NCBI GenBank assembly: GCA_035714785.1
Contig: DASTLQ010000008.1
Span: forward strand, 1,713-65,712
From: Minisyncoccota bacterium
Lineage (GTDB): Bacteria; Patescibacteriota; Minisyncoccia; Phycocordibacterales; UBA9973
Length of the DNA stretch: 64,000 nt
Direction: 5' to 3'
The notes below the pieces were generated by a model, which had not been told where the DNA came from, did no database searches, and saw only the letters and a program-made list of their open reading frames with translations. A program made the position numbers and the translations under genes. This document shows positions 18,412-28,697 of this stretch, piece by piece. Every line of letters starts with the position of its first letter. The stretch's first letter is position 1.

Positions 18412-18625
18412 CTTCTATACCCAAGAAGGACTCTATCTTCATCCTCTCCGAAGAGGTGGGATGCTTGACGCTGGTCTCTCGTTAGCCAAGTTTTGACTGT
18501 CTCTACATTACTCTAGAGCAGGTAGCATTCGAATAGTCTAATAATTTTTTAATTTAATTGTTTACTTTTTTCTACAACAGTCCCAGTCATTCCGCGCTCG
18601 TCTGCCATAGGCAAACAAATGCAGA
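18412..18625 (-). other. Group I intron (ORF-less) in 23S rRNA at the E. coli position ~1917 equivalent
   Basis: Exon junction GGTCCTAAGGT|intron|AGCGAAATACCTTGTCGGGTAAG. The intron follows U and ends in G. R-like (TGTAGAGACAGTC) and S-like (GAAGATAGAGTCC) elements are present. Confidence 0.6.
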
Positions 18626-18660
<35 letters not shown>

Positions 18661-19394
18661 CAGGGCTTATATCAGTCTGCATATCTCCATCTTGCGACAA
18701 AGAAACACCGCCGATATTTGACCTTCTGGCATTGGTCAGGTGTCACCCCCTATACATCCTCTTACCGAGTTCGCAGGGAGCTGTGTTTTTGGTAAACAGT
18801 TGCCAGGAATACTTTCGCTGCGGCCGGCATTTCTGCCGGCAAGCCTTATCCCGAAGTTACGGCTGCTTTTTTGCCGAGTTCCTTGGGGACCTCTCACTCG
18901 TTCGTCTTGGTCTACTCGACCTGATCACCTGTGTCGGTTTGCGGTACGGATTCCATATTTTTAAGTTTAGAGATTTTTCTTGGAAGCGTGCTTTGCGAAA
19001 TTGCCCTCGGCCTAAACCGAAAACTTTTCACTTCTCTTGGATTCGCTATTTAAAGCAGCGCGCGGATTTTCCTACGCATCATCCTCAAGAAGCAAACTTA
19101 AATCCATTAATAAGCGACGCATACTACACTCCGTCCTCTCATCACAAAATATGGAAGTGCAGAAATATTAATCTGCTCTTCCATCGGGTGCGGATTTCTC
19201 CATCCCCTTAGGCCCGACTAACCCTTGGCTGATTATCATTACCAAGGAAACCTTGATCTTTCGACGTGATGCGTTCTCAGCATCATTGCGGTTACTTGTG
19301 CCAACATTCTTACTTCCACACGCTCCATAGGCCCTCACGGGTCCTACTTCACAGCAGAGTGGAACACTCTCCTACCACTCGTGAACTTCATAGA

Positions 19395-19705
19395 GGAGCC
19401 GATATTTTTTTATATCGGCTTTCAAACAATTTCGGGGTTCTCCGCAACATCAATCCACACGTTCAGAACACCATATTTAACGTATTGGAGAACCCAAAAG
19501 AACAAATCGTGCCCAGGAAGCGGGATTAAAACCCGACAAAGACCTTCGTCTTTGTATGCTTTGTTTTAACAAAAATTTTTTAAATTAGTTTTTATTTAAA
19601 CATCGCCTGATTGTTACTACTACCGGCTCAATATATCATACACGATATACCAGTACGTAACCCTCCTGGGCTGGCCACCCACCTTGGATGCGAAACTCTT
19701 CCTCT
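19395..19705 (-). other. About 310-nt insertion in 23S rRNA at the helix-45-equivalent region (IVS-like, bounded by a ~16-bp long-range stem)
   Basis: It lies between conserved CCGAA.. and GGTAGGAGAGTGTTC. The flanks GAATTTCATAGAGGA / TCCTCTATGAAGTTC can pair with each other. No group I signatures were seen. Confidence 0.4.
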
Positions 19706-20409
19706 ATGAAATTCACGAATCCTCACATTCGGTACTATGCTTAGCCCCAATTATTTTCGACGCAAAATCTCTGGATGAGTGAGCTGTTACGCTATCTTTA
19801 AAGGATGGCTGCTTCTAAGCCAACCTCCTCATTGTCAGAGAAATTTCACCTTCTTGTCTTGCACTTAGCATAGATTTAGGGACCTTATATTGAGATCCGG
19901 GCTGTTTCCCTTTTCACCAATGGAGCTTAGCCCCCACGGTGTAACTGCCGCATTCTGGCTTCTGGTATTCGGAGTTTGATAGGTTTCGCGAGATTGCTCC
20001 CTGTCGAAACCTTCCAGTGCTCTACCCCCAAAAGAAACATGCGACGCTAGCCCTAAAGCTATTTCGGAGAGAACCAGCTATTACCAGGTTCGATTAGCTT
20101 TTCACTCCTTACCACAAGTCATCCCAACGCGTTGTACGACGAACGGGTTCGGACCTCCATAAGTCTTTCGACCTACTTCATCCTGCTCATGGCAAGCTCA
20201 CCTGGCTTCGGGTCTTATGCATGATATATTTATTTCGCGCTATTAACACTCGGTTTCCCTACGGCTCTGCGGTTCTCCCGCTTAACCTACAACATGCATA
20301 AACTCGTTGGCTCATTCTTCAATAGGCACGCTGTCGCAGATATAAATACCTGCTCCAACTCCTTGTAGACATACGGTTTCAGGTCTATTTCACTGCCCTA
20401 ATCGGGCTT

Positions 20410-20446
<37 letters not shown>

Positions 20447-21202
20447 ATCTGTTAGAGTATTTAGCCTTAGCGGTTAGTTCCGCTGGATTCCCCCCGGCCA
20501 TTCGTGTCCTGGGGTACTCAAGAACGGCAATAAAAGAGATAAATTATTTTCGCTTACGGGCCTATCACCCTCTATGGAACCGCTTTCCAGCAGTTTCAGC
20601 TAATAATTTATTTTTTTACTCTTCTAGTAATCTACATTGCCGCCTTACAACCCCCAAATATTGCTACTTGGGTTTGGGCTCTTTCCTTTTCGCTCGCCGC
20701 TACTTAGGAAATAATTTTTATTCTCTTTTCCACCTGGTACTGAGATGTTTCACTTCCCAGGGTGCGCTCTCTGAATCAAGTTCAGAGTTATTGAGGTTTG
20801 CTCAATAGGGTTTCCCCATTCGGAGATCTCCGGATATATTGGTTGCTAGGCACCTCCCCGGAGCTTATCGCAGCTATGCCACGTCCTTCATCGCCTCTAA
20901 CAGTCTAGGCATCCACCGTACGCCCTTAATTTCCTGTTAAGAAATCTGAAAATCATAATTTTCATTTAGCTTTCTTTTCCGACCGCTCGGCATAAGAAAG
21001 CTGTTCTACCTACCGACATAAAGACCCCTTGGAAAGATTCATATCTTTACAAAAGAAATTGTCGTAGTAGCTTTAAGTTTTCAATCTTCAATCCGTTTCG
21101 GCAAACAAAAAACCGCCTTGTGGGCGGCTAAAAGAAAAAAACTTCTCTTTAGCGCCGCCTTTTGAGTTTCGTGTTTTTCGTTATTGTCATACTGATTGGG
21201 CT

Positions 21203-21231
21203 AGTATATATCAAAGGCTTTTCAATGTCAA
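21203..21231 (-). promoter_or_regulatory. Candidate sigma70-type promoter for the 23S-5S operon
   Basis: On the minus strand: TTGACA, a 17-nt spacer, then TATACT. This lies about 265 nt upstream of the 23S 5' end. Confidence 0.4.
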
Positions 21232-21296
21232 GAAAAAGGCCTAAAACCCCCAGAAACGCCAAAAGCCCAGCATAAACCGGGCTTTTGTAAGGATTT

Positions 21297-21340
21297 GCAA
21301 GGGGTCTAGGTGTAAGGGGTCCCCTTGCATGTTATCCACA
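21297..21340. repeat. REP-like repeat R5 (1 core unit plus DnaA-box 9-mer)
   Basis: GGTGTAAGGGGTCCCCTTGCATGTTATCCACA. Confidence 0.85.
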
Positions 21341-21347
21341 TATTTGA

Positions 21348-22043
21348 TTATTGTCTGTTGGAAACTTCTTCGCCAAGTCGAGAAATCAAACGAGAAGCGT
21401 GATCCTTTCCACCGAGTCCAAATGCTAGTGCTCCAGACAGGGCAAGCATCGCTACGATACCGGTGAACAAAATGCTCATGTATGCTTCAGCCACTCCTAG
21501 TTGTCCAAGAGCGATGATTAGAGCAAAGATCCAAACTGCATACTTTGCGATAGCAGCCAAAGTACGAGCAGATGAAACACTCACTGCTTTAGCGGAAGCT
21601 GATACTGCACCTGATGCAAAGTCAGCAACATATGCTGCGATGATCAAGATGAACGCTGCCACGATTACTCTAGGCAAGAAACCTAGAACATCGTATCTCA
21701 AGAAGGAAGCAAGGTAATCCAATCCAACCAAATTTAATGATGGAAGAAGGAAGATGATTATTACAAACCACTTCACAATCTGTCCCAAAAAGTAACCGGT
21801 ATTCAACTTCATTCCTGCTCTATGAAGCAGATTCTCTAGTCCTAAAGATCTAAAAGCGTTGTCTACTTTAAGTGCACCGAAAACATGCTCGAAAGCTTTT
21901 GCAATCAAGTTACCTAGAACCCAACCGATGATAAACAAGATGATGGCAAGCAACAGTTTAGGAGTAAACTGTATGAAGCCCCACCATAGTTCTTGCAATG
22001 ATGCATTAAACACATCACCCCAAGTAAGCCAAATATTATTCAT
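21348..22043 (-). CDS. Polytopic membrane protein with conserved-TM-helix repeats (mechanosensitive-channel-like N-terminal region)
   Basis: The 231-aa ORF has about five TM helices. A repeated segment (..IIIFLLPSLNLVGLD../..IFALIIALGQLGVAEAY..) resembles the TM_helix (PF05552-like) motif. The assignment is tentative. Confidence 0.45.
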   Translation of the reverse strand: MNNIWLTWGDVFNASLQELWWGFIQFTPKLLLAIILFIIGWVLGNLIAKAFEHVFGALKVDNAFRSLGLENLLHRAGMKLNTGYFLGQIVKWFVIIIFLLPSLNLVGLDYLASFLRYDVLGFLPRVIVAAFILIIAAYVADFASGAVSASAKAVSVSSARTLAAIAKYAVWIFALIIALGQLGVAEAYMSILFTGIVAMLALSGALAFGLGGKDHASRLISRLGEEVSNRQ

Positions 22044-22116
22044 AATCTAATGTTAAAAATACTGATAATTCTTAAGTTCGACCTTAAGATTCTTATGACC
22101 ATATTATATCAATATT

Positions 22117-22698
22117 TCAAGGTCTTTTGAGTGCTTGTGTGGATAACTCTTTGGCGGACCACACGACCTCGTGAGGGAAATCGAGGATATCTCTGACCAA
22201 TTTGTCGTACATATCCAATCTATATACAAATTCTTTAGTATCAAAAACAACGTAAGAAAGCTCAACTCCGATTTCTGCTTCAAGTCTTTTCACACCTTCT
22301 TCCACTTTCTTGGTCTTGATTTTATCTCCTACCACTAAAATATCAGCCCGAGTGTCTTTGTCTTTTATAAATACACCAGACACAATCAAGAGCTTTATCT
22401 TTCCTGATTTTCGGAAACTTTCGATTATGTTTTGCTTGTCGTAGCTTCCGGCATTTATTAATAAATCCTCAAATTCAGTTGTATAAGGGAAAGCTAGATT
22501 GAAGGTCCAACCTGCAGACATCTTTTTTACAAAATTTGCCGACGAAAGAAGAGCGAGCTCTTTGCGGACCACCGAAAGATTCACCCTACTTCTACTTACT
22601 ATATCTTTATTGGTAAAAGCTTTGCTTTTGTTTTGCAAAAAAAGCCTCATCATTTTTACCCTAGACGGGCTTCCTAGTATTTTTCCTAATATTTCCAT
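22117..22698 (-). CDS. Hypothetical winged-HTH-like protein
   Basis: The N-terminal segment ILGSPSRVKMMRLFLQNKSKAFTNKDIVSRSRVNLSVVRKELALL has HTH character. The start is trimmed to MEILGKILG, because the 5' extension reads through repeat R6. Confidence 0.45.
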   Translation of the reverse strand: MEILGKILGSPSRVKMMRLFLQNKSKAFTNKDIVSRSRVNLSVVRKELALLSSANFVKKMSAGWTFNLAFPYTTEFEDLLINAGSYDKQNIIESFRKSGKIKLLIVSGVFIKDKDTRADILVVGDKIKTKKVEEGVKRLEAEIGVELSYVVFDTKEFVYRLDMYDKLVRDILDFPHEVVWSAKELSTQALKRP

Positions 22699-22717
22699 AT
22701 GCTCTATATTATACCTC

Positions 22718-22752
22718 GCATGTAAGGGGTCCCCTTGCATGTTATCCACAGG
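22718..22752. repeat. REP-like repeat R6 (1 core unit plus DnaA-box 9-mer)
   Basis: CGCATGTAAGGGGTCCCCTTGCATGTTATCCACAGG. Confidence 0.85.
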
Positions 22753-22767
22753 TTGCAAAAATTAAAG

Positions 22768-24480
22768 TTAATGCTGGTAAAATCCTCTAGCTTCTGAATC
22801 CGGTATAAGAATAAGTTTTACTTCCCTATTTTTACATAATTCGATTATTTTTTCATCATTTACTGACCCGCTCGTAGAAAAAATCGTCTTTATTCCTCGG
22901 TCTATTAATACTTCTGGAGCATCAGGAAATGGGAAGAAACTGTCGCTGTATGCCGTGGCTCCTGTGAGGTCGGCTGTTTGTGTGCCCTCCTGTGCGCTTT
23001 GGGCGCTTTGGGCGCTCTCTGCGCTTTGGGCCTCTCCCATACTTGCTCGAAATCCGGCTGACTCATCGGCGCGAGAGATTGCAAGCTTTGCCGCTCCCAC
23101 TCTGTCCTGCTGGCCGACTCCGTTTCCTAGTAGCTGTCCATCTTTTACTAGTGTAATGGTGTTGCTGTTTGAAGTACTACCTACTGCCCAAGCGAGCACT
23201 GCATCTTGGGGCAAGGCGTTTAGGGGTAAGGGGTCCCCTTGCATGTTTGCGTGTAAGGGGTCCCCTTGCATGTTATCCACAGGTACGAAGGTGTAGTTTG
23301 GTTGCTCTAAAAATCCACCTCGGACATATCGGAATCTTTTGGCTATATCGAGTGAGTCCTGCCCCGCCTTTTCAATCTTTGGATTTACTACCAAACGGCA
23401 CTTCCCCTTTTTGCGAGAAAGTATTTCGATTGCTTCTTCGCTAAAAGAAGGCGCGGCCACCATGTCGAGCAATCTCCTCCCCTCCGCTACATATTTATGA
23501 ATCAGGTCTTCTGCAATCTTTTCATCAACTGGAAAATTTACCATCACCATCCCGCCAAAGATTGCGCGTAAATCGCCAGTGAGCATTTTTTCCACTGCCA
23601 CTCCGCCATCAGCATCTGACACTCCTGCCCCACATGGATTTCCATGCTTTACTCCAATAGCCACAAACGGAACTTGCGAAAAGTTTTTTTCAAACCCCGC
23701 TCCGATATGGGTGACTGTCTGGATCATCCGATCAAGATCACATATATTGTTGTAGCTCATGGCACTGCCTCCGACCTGCTTCCAATTGTGCACCGCTAGT
23801 GCATCCTTGCTTCCTAGATTTTCAAAGAGAGCCGCCGGCTTCTGATATGCATTTTCCCCGTAAGCACATTCGTAGTTTCTTTTTCCAAAAATTGCTTTGT
23901 ATTCACCTCCACTATGATACTCTCCAGAAATGGAACAGTACCTTCCCACTACCGCTTCTGCCTTGGCAGAAAGTGCGTTTAGAAAATTTTCTTTCTCTGG
24001 TTCACCAGCTTGTAGCCATTCGATTACTCTTGGTCGATCGATAGGGTCGCAAATAGTGATCCTTCCTCCTTTGGCCGAAGCCCTGATCATGGTCGGTCCG
24101 CCAATGTCTGTTTTCTCTATCACTGATTCACGAGTGGCGTCCGGATTTGCAACCTCATCTTCTAAGGGATAGAAATCTACACACACCATATCGATGCGAG
24201 AGATTCCATATTTTTCCAAGTCCGCAATATGTTCCGGAGTATCGAGCGCTAAAAGTCCCCCGTGAATTTTTGGATGCAAGGTCGCTACTCGGTGTCCCAA
24301 TATTGCCGGCATGCCCGTGATCTCCTCAACGTCCGTCACCGCTATTCCATTTTCCGAAAGATATTTTGCCGTCCCTCCCGAAGAGATTATTTTCCAGCCC
24401 ATAGATACTAGGGCCTTGGCAAAATCTTCTAGACCATTTTTATTATAAACAGAAATGAGGGCCGTTTTTTGGTGTTGCAT
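22768..24480 (-). CDS. purH: Bifunctional AICAR transformylase/IMP cyclohydrolase, carrying an in-frame REP-derived insertion and a SAQ nonapeptide-repeat insertion
   Basis: The N-terminal MGS-like domain is MQHQKTALISVYNKNGLEDFAKAL. The C-terminus matches PurH (..SDSFFPFPDA..). Repeat R7 is translated as VDNMQGDPLHANMQGDPLPLNALP. The 9-bp tandem GCGCTTTGG x4 encodes SAESAQSAQSAQ. Confidence 0.9.
   Translation of the reverse strand: MQHQKTALISVYNKNGLEDFAKALVSMGWKIISSGGTAKYLSENGIAVTDVEEITGMPAILGHRVATLHPKIHGGLLALDTPEHIADLEKYGISRIDMVCVDFYPLEDEVANPDATRESVIEKTDIGGPTMIRASAKGGRITICDPIDRPRVIEWLQAGEPEKENFLNALSAKAEAVVGRYCSISGEYHSGGEYKAIFGKRNYECAYGENAYQKPAALFENLGSKDALAVHNWKQVGGSAMSYNNICDLDRMIQTVTHIGAGFEKNFSQVPFVAIGVKHGNPCGAGVSDADGGVAVEKMLTGDLRAIFGGMVMVNFPVDEKIAEDLIHKYVAEGRRLLDMVAAPSFSEEAIEILSRKKGKCRLVVNPKIEKAGQDSLDIAKRFRYVRGGFLEQPNYTFVPVDNMQGDPLHANMQGDPLPLNALPQDAVLAWAVGSTSNSNTITLVKDGQLLGNGVGQQDRVGAAKLAISRADESAGFRASMGEAQSAESAQSAQSAQEGTQTADLTGATAYSDSFFPFPDAPEVLIDRGIKTIFSTSGSVNDEKIIELCKNREVKLILIPDSEARGFYQH
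22990..23035. repeat. 9-bp tandem repeat (about 4.5 copies, GCGCTTTGG / GCGCTCTCT) inside purH
   Basis: The sequence is read directly. It is in frame and encodes an (SAQ)n-like stretch. Confidence 0.75.
23224..23283. repeat. REP-like repeat cluster R7 (2 core units plus DnaA-box 9-mer) inside the purH CDS
   Basis: GGTAAGGGGTCCCCTTGCATGTTTGCGTGTAAGGGGTCCCCTTGCATGTTATCCACAGG. This is the same two-unit variant, in the same strand and frame, as in gatA. Confidence 0.85.
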
Positions 24481-24496
24481 GTACGTATAATAACAC

Positions 24497-24609
24497 AAAA
24501 ACCCCTGAATACTTCTTGAGAAAAGCCTTCGGAGGCGCGACGGCGCCGGAGAGAGAAAATTTTCAGCAGAAAATTTTCGTGCTTTTCAAAAGAAGTATTC
24601 AGGGGTTTT
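24497..24609 (-). terminator. Long structured inverted repeat / intrinsic terminator between rplL and purH
   Basis: An outer stem of about 26 bp (AAAACCCCTGAATACTTCTTGAGAAAAG / CTTTTCAAAAGAAGTATTCAGGGGTTTT) encloses inner hairpins. On the minus strand it is followed by TTTTTGTGTT. Confidence 0.5.
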
Positions 24610-24617
24610 AAGTTTTG

Positions 24618-24983
24618 TTATTTCAATTCCACTTTCGCACCAGCTTCTTCGAGCTTCTTCTTTAGGTCTTCAGCTTCATCTTTCTTCATACCTTCTTTCA
24701 AGGTTACTGGAGCGCCGTCTACTAAATCTTTAGCTTCTTTCAATCCGAGTGCTAGGACTTCTTTTACTACCTTCATCACTCCGATCTTTTGTTCACCAGC
24801 CGAAGCAAGAACTACTGTAAAGGAATCCTTTTCCTCTGCGGCTGCAGCTCCTGCGGCAGGACCAGCGGCAGCAACTGCTGCTGCGGACACTCCAAACTTT
24901 TCTTCAATTTCTTTGACGAGGTCATTCAACTCCATAACAGAAGCTGATTCCAAGTCTTTCATAAATGCGTCGAATTTTGACAT
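24618..24983 (-). CDS. rplL: 50S ribosomal protein L7/L12
   Basis: The 121-aa ORF has an Ala-rich hinge and the C-terminal segment [27 protein letters not shown]. Confidence 0.9.
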   Translation of the reverse strand: MSKFDAFMKDLESASVMELNDLVKEIEEKFGVSAAAVAAAGPAAGAAAAEEKDSFTVVLASAGEQKIGVMKVVKEVLALGLKEAKDLVDGAPVTLKEGMKKDEAEDLKKKLEEAGAKVELK

Positions 24984-25008
24984 ATTATTTTAAAATATAA
25001 ATTTATAA

Positions 25009-25491
25009 TTATTTTTTCTTGGCAACTTCGCCGACAGCGATAGCCAATCTCTGCATAGGAGATTTGAGCAAGAATGCAATCTTTGAGAGAAGTACTTCCC
25101 TGCTTGGGATAGTAGCAATCTCGGTCATCTTTTCTGCGTCCACAAACTTTCCTTCAAAAATCCCTCCGAGAATGCTGAGCAATCCGTTGTGACTTTTATG
25201 AAAAGCGTAAACTTCACGTGCGCTTGCGATCGGATCGTTAGAGTAGGCCAATGCCACTTCTCCTGTTAGGGGTGGAAGTTCTCCTTCGGCTTTTCCTTCG
25301 AGGGCTCTTCGCAAAAGGCTTTTGCGAGACACTTTGTATCCCACTTCCTTTTCTCGAAGATCTCGGCGAAGCACAGTCTCGTCGGTCACATTTAATCCGT
25401 GGAAATCCACGAACACTACGGACTTTGAGCTATCGATAGCCTCCCCCAATCCTTTTACTATTTCTTCTTTTTTTGATCTTAATAATGCCAT
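25009..25491 (-). CDS. rplJ: 50S ribosomal protein L10
   Basis: It matches L10 along its full length. The start is taken as MALLRSKKEEIV. The longer ORF 5' extension is unlikely to be real. Confidence 0.85.
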   Translation of the reverse strand: MALLRSKKEEIVKGLGEAIDSSKSVVFVDFHGLNVTDETVLRRDLREKEVGYKVSRKSLLRRALEGKAEGELPPLTGEVALAYSNDPIASAREVYAFHKSHNGLLSILGGIFEGKFVDAEKMTEIATIPSREVLLSKIAFLLKSPMQRLAIAVGEVAKKK

Positions 25492-25826
25492 ATGTATTTT
25501 TTCGCTTTTGCGAATTTTAAACAAAAAAACGGCTCAATGCTAATAAGAGCCGCAAGTGCCGATTTCATGCTCCGCCTTTGGGCAGAAAACGAAAACGGGT
25601 ATCGACCACTCTACAGGACTTATGGATGCCTGTCGTCTTTGCGGTACCTCTACTATATCATAATATCCTTATTCTGCAAACCATTCTACTACCTCTTTTG
25701 CTCGAGGGTCTGCTCCTTCCATCCCACTTATCCAATACAATCCTAATAGGGCTAATAGAATCATAGCCGTAAATAGAAGGACGGTTTTGAAGAAATGCTT
25801 GGTGAGCATGAGTATATAATACCATA

Positions 25827-28697
25827 TTAGGGGGAATATGTCGATTCGTAAACGGGAAGGGGTTTCAGAATCATATTAAATCCGCCGGAATAGGGAGGGA
25901 AAGGAGAATCTTCGATCGAAAACCATTCACCCGAAGGGAAAGTTTGGAAGTGATTTTCTGAACTGTTCCACCCGACCCAAGTATTTTCATCTAAACTTTC
26001 CACCACCACTTCTTCGTAGCCCACGAGCTGTTCCCCTCTTCTAAGATAATACGTATACCCCGTCGCCTTCCAAGTAATCGAAACGCTATATATTTCTCCA
26101 TCCATATTATTTTGAGGATTATTTTTGAGAAGCGAAAGTGTAACATCAGAAGATTCGAATCCTTTTTGCGGATCGCGATTAAAGATACCTCGCTCCAAGA
26201 AATTTTCACTGCCCGTCCCTGATTCTGCAGTTTTTATTTTAAAATCTTGGCGAAGAAAACCATTTCTATAACTATTTTTCCAATCATATACATATGACCC
26301 ATCAAAAGCCCAAATCTGCCAATATCGACCTAACTCATCTACACCAAAGGAATATTTAGGAATATATGTATAGGTCGGAGAAGTGACGGTAAATTTAAAT
26401 TTCGTATCTGTTGTCGGAAAACGAAAAGTCTCGTCATCGTCGGTAGAAGTAAAATAATAATCATATTCTCCCGCTTCAAATGTTCCATCATATCCGTACA
26501 TTTCACCGTTAGAAAAATCTCCGTCACTAAATATACCTTCTCCCGATGTTATTCTTTCCATAGAAAAATCTGAAAGTAGGGATGAATTTAAATTTTCCGT
26601 ATGCAACATTACTTGCTCGGGTTCTCTATTAAGTGGACATGTATAAATCACTCGAAAAGAAAAAATTGTTTGGTTTTCATTTCCTTCCAGAATATTTAAT
26701 CCATCGTTTTCATATGGACCGGAAGTGGTCGTGCTCAAATGTGGCAATAATGGCAGAGGAAGTCCAATGTATACAGCAAAAGGTTCCATCATCATACTAC
26801 CCCCTCCTTCTAAGCCCGGAGAAGCATACGGTATTCCAATCCAATCCCCCGAAGGAAAAAATTTAAACGAATTAAATGACCCGTCCCAACCCACCCACAT
26901 ATTTTCATCAACTCCTGCAATGTCTGTATGTCCTGTAGCATGCACAGTATTATCATCCGACAAATTAGTAATTGTATAGGTGTAGCCAAGAGCATCCCAC
27001 AGAATATCAACTAAGTATGTAGCGTCAATCATGTTATTTTGCGGACTATATTCAAGGGAAGAAATAGTAAGGTCAGTGCGAAGAAAGCCCAGCCTAGGAT
27101 CACCGTTTTTAAATATTCCTCGTTCCAAGCACTGCGAACACCAGAATCCTCTGTATGTTTGAAGTTTGAATTTCTCATTTAAGTATCCATTTATATAAGT
27201 ATCGGACCAGTCATATATATTTGAACCATTAAAAGCCCAGACTTGCCAATCACGTCCGTCTCCGTTCCCTGTTCCAAATTTATATTTATCAATATATTTG
27301 ATCTGTCCCGGAATTGGCGGATCACTTTCCTCCCCGCCGCCATTTCCTCCTTCTTCGTTTCCGTTTTCTTCTTCATTTCCATTGTTCCCCCCTTCTTCAT
27401 TGCTTTCTTCTTCGTTTCCATTTCCTTCGGAATCGTTGTCATCCTCTTCTTCTTCAGAATGGTTGTCCTCCTCATCAGGTGGAATCACGACAGGGTCTAC
27501 GACCTCACTCACAGGTGAAGGAGAAACGTTCCGAGAGCTCCTGTTTCTACTTGGATTCAAAACAACAGAATCTGGTTTCGAAGGATCTATGTTTTCACTT
27601 GTGCTAGAAGTGCTAAGATTTGCGGCTTGATTCCAGATGGGTGCAATTTGAAAAGTTTGAGGAGGTGTGGAGGGAGAGATAGTTTGCTGAGTCGGTTCCG
27701 CCGATTTTTGCTTATCAGTTTGATCAGTAACAAGATTGTCGTATGCAATTACAGCGACCGATTCGTTTGGAATTTTCTCCGCCGTACTAGCTAGCTTGCT
27801 AAAAATCGAGAGCGCACCTTCTGCAATCTTCTGTGACAAATAGTCCGCCCCTTTCACCGCAGTTTTGATTATTGCTTTTCCCGCTAGCGCATATGGATCT
27901 GCAAGAAAAAAGAATCCCTCGAGAATACGATGCCCAAGCGTAGGATCGGGAGGAGCAATGCAATAATTTTCTTTCAATTGAACAGAATTATTGGAAAGTT
28001 CTCCGAGCGAATTATATACACCTCTTATAATGTCTCCTTTTAAATATTTTAGGTAAACATTTCGGAAATTGTGTCCATTAGAATCATCGCCAGGGTCTAA
28101 AGTTACTTTTGCATTTGCAGGCAACACGCTTACGATCTTTCCCGTCCGAATTAGATTTATGACCTTGTCAGTATCTGAAGTAAGATACTTTCCATCTCCG
28201 GCAACTCGACTAGTAGGAGTGGCTATTCCAAACAATCGTATAGACTCAGCGGGGATTCCTCCAGACCGATTGGCCACAGTGTCGTAGAAACTATTAGCAT
28301 AAAAATTCCCTTGAGAATGGCCCACCAATAATACCTTCTGAGTGGTAATTTTTTTACTTGCCTCTTTTAAAATTTCAACTAGGTCAAAATCACGCACCTC
28401 CCTTTCGTCAAAATACTTTTGATATGCGGCAGCAAAAAGATCAGTGACGCCTCCTAAGTGAGTTGGATTATGAAGATAATCAACCTTAATTTCCTCAGTA
28501 TTACGATTAAAAGGCAAAATTTTTCTGAGTCCTTCCATGTTGGCTACCGCTTCCTTTTCAGTAGTAAAAATGCCATTGATAGTGACTACCGTAAAATCAT
28601 CCGGTGAGCAATACTGTGCAAACGCTTCCCCAAATCCAGCTAAAAATAAAAAGATGAAAAACAAAACTGTTATCAAAATTTTATTGAATGTTCTCAT
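25827..28697 (-). CDS. Large secreted protein: N-terminal alpha/beta-hydrolase (lipase/esterase-like, GHSQG nucleophile elbow), poly-acidic E/N/G-rich linker, and two tandem ~190-aa C-terminal repeat domains
   Basis: Signal peptide, then VLLVGHSQGNFYANSFYD. An EEEDDNDSEGNGNEEESNEEGG low-complexity linker follows. Two paralogous domains begin KYKFGTGNGDGRDWQVWAFNGSNIYDW.. and KYSFGVDELGRYWQIWAFDGSYVYDW.. Confidence 0.55.
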   Translation of the reverse strand: MRTFNKILITVLFFIFLFLAGFGEAFAQYCSPDDFTVVTINGIFTTEKEAVANMEGLRKILPFNRNTEEIKVDYLHNPTHLGGVTDLFAAAYQKYFDEREVRDFDLVEILKEASKKITTQKVLLVGHSQGNFYANSFYDTVANRSGGIPAESIRLFGIATPTSRVAGDGKYLTSDTDKVINLIRTGKIVSVLPANAKVTLDPGDDSNGHNFRNVYLKYLKGDIIRGVYNSLGELSNNSVQLKENYCIAPPDPTLGHRILEGFFFLADPYALAGKAIIKTAVKGADYLSQKIAEGALSIFSKLASTAEKIPNESVAVIAYDNLVTDQTDKQKSAEPTQQTISPSTPPQTFQIAPIWNQAANLSTSSTSENIDPSKPDSVVLNPSRNRSSRNVSPSPVSEVVDPVVIPPDEEDNHSEEEEDDNDSEGNGNEEESNEEGGNNGNEEENGNEEGGNGGGEESDPPIPGQIKYIDKYKFGTGNGDGRDWQVWAFNGSNIYDWSDTYINGYLNEKFKLQTYRGFWCSQCLERGIFKNGDPRLGFLRTDLTISSLEYSPQNNMIDATYLVDILWDALGYTYTITNLSDDNTVHATGHTDIAGVDENMWVGWDGSFNSFKFFPSGDWIGIPYASPGLEGGGSMMMEPFAVYIGLPLPLLPHLSTTTSGPYENDGLNILEGNENQTIFSFRVIYTCPLNREPEQVMLHTENLNSSLLSDFSMERITSGEGIFSDGDFSNGEMYGYDGTFEAGEYDYYFTSTDDDETFRFPTTDTKFKFTVTSPTYTYIPKYSFGVDELGRYWQIWAFDGSYVYDWKNSYRNGFLRQDFKIKTAESGTGSENFLERGIFNRDPQKGFESSDVTLSLLKNNPQNNMDGEIYSVSITWKATGYTYYLRRGEQLVGYEEVVVESLDENTWVGWNSSENHFQTFPSGEWFSIEDSPFPPYSGGFNMILKPLPVYESTYSP

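Noticed and set aside
21105-21140. Hairpin ACCGCC-TTGTG-GGCGG flanked by A/T runs in the 23S leader, considered as the rRNA operon terminator or antiterminator
   Set aside because: The position and orientation are ambiguous. It is downstream of the candidate rRNA promoter, so a true terminator there would block rRNA synthesis. It may be a leader processing or antitermination structure, or the terminator of the upstream membrane-protein gene if the real rRNA promoter is more proximal. This cannot be resolved from sequence alone.
27191-27630. Overlapping ORFs inside the acidic linker of the large hydrolase gene (27191-27475 -, 27243-27518 +, 27298-27630 +, 27314-27607 +)
   Set aside because: They arise from low-complexity GAA/GGA-rich DNA that is open in several frames. 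The long minus-strand frame with flanking conserved domains is the real gene.
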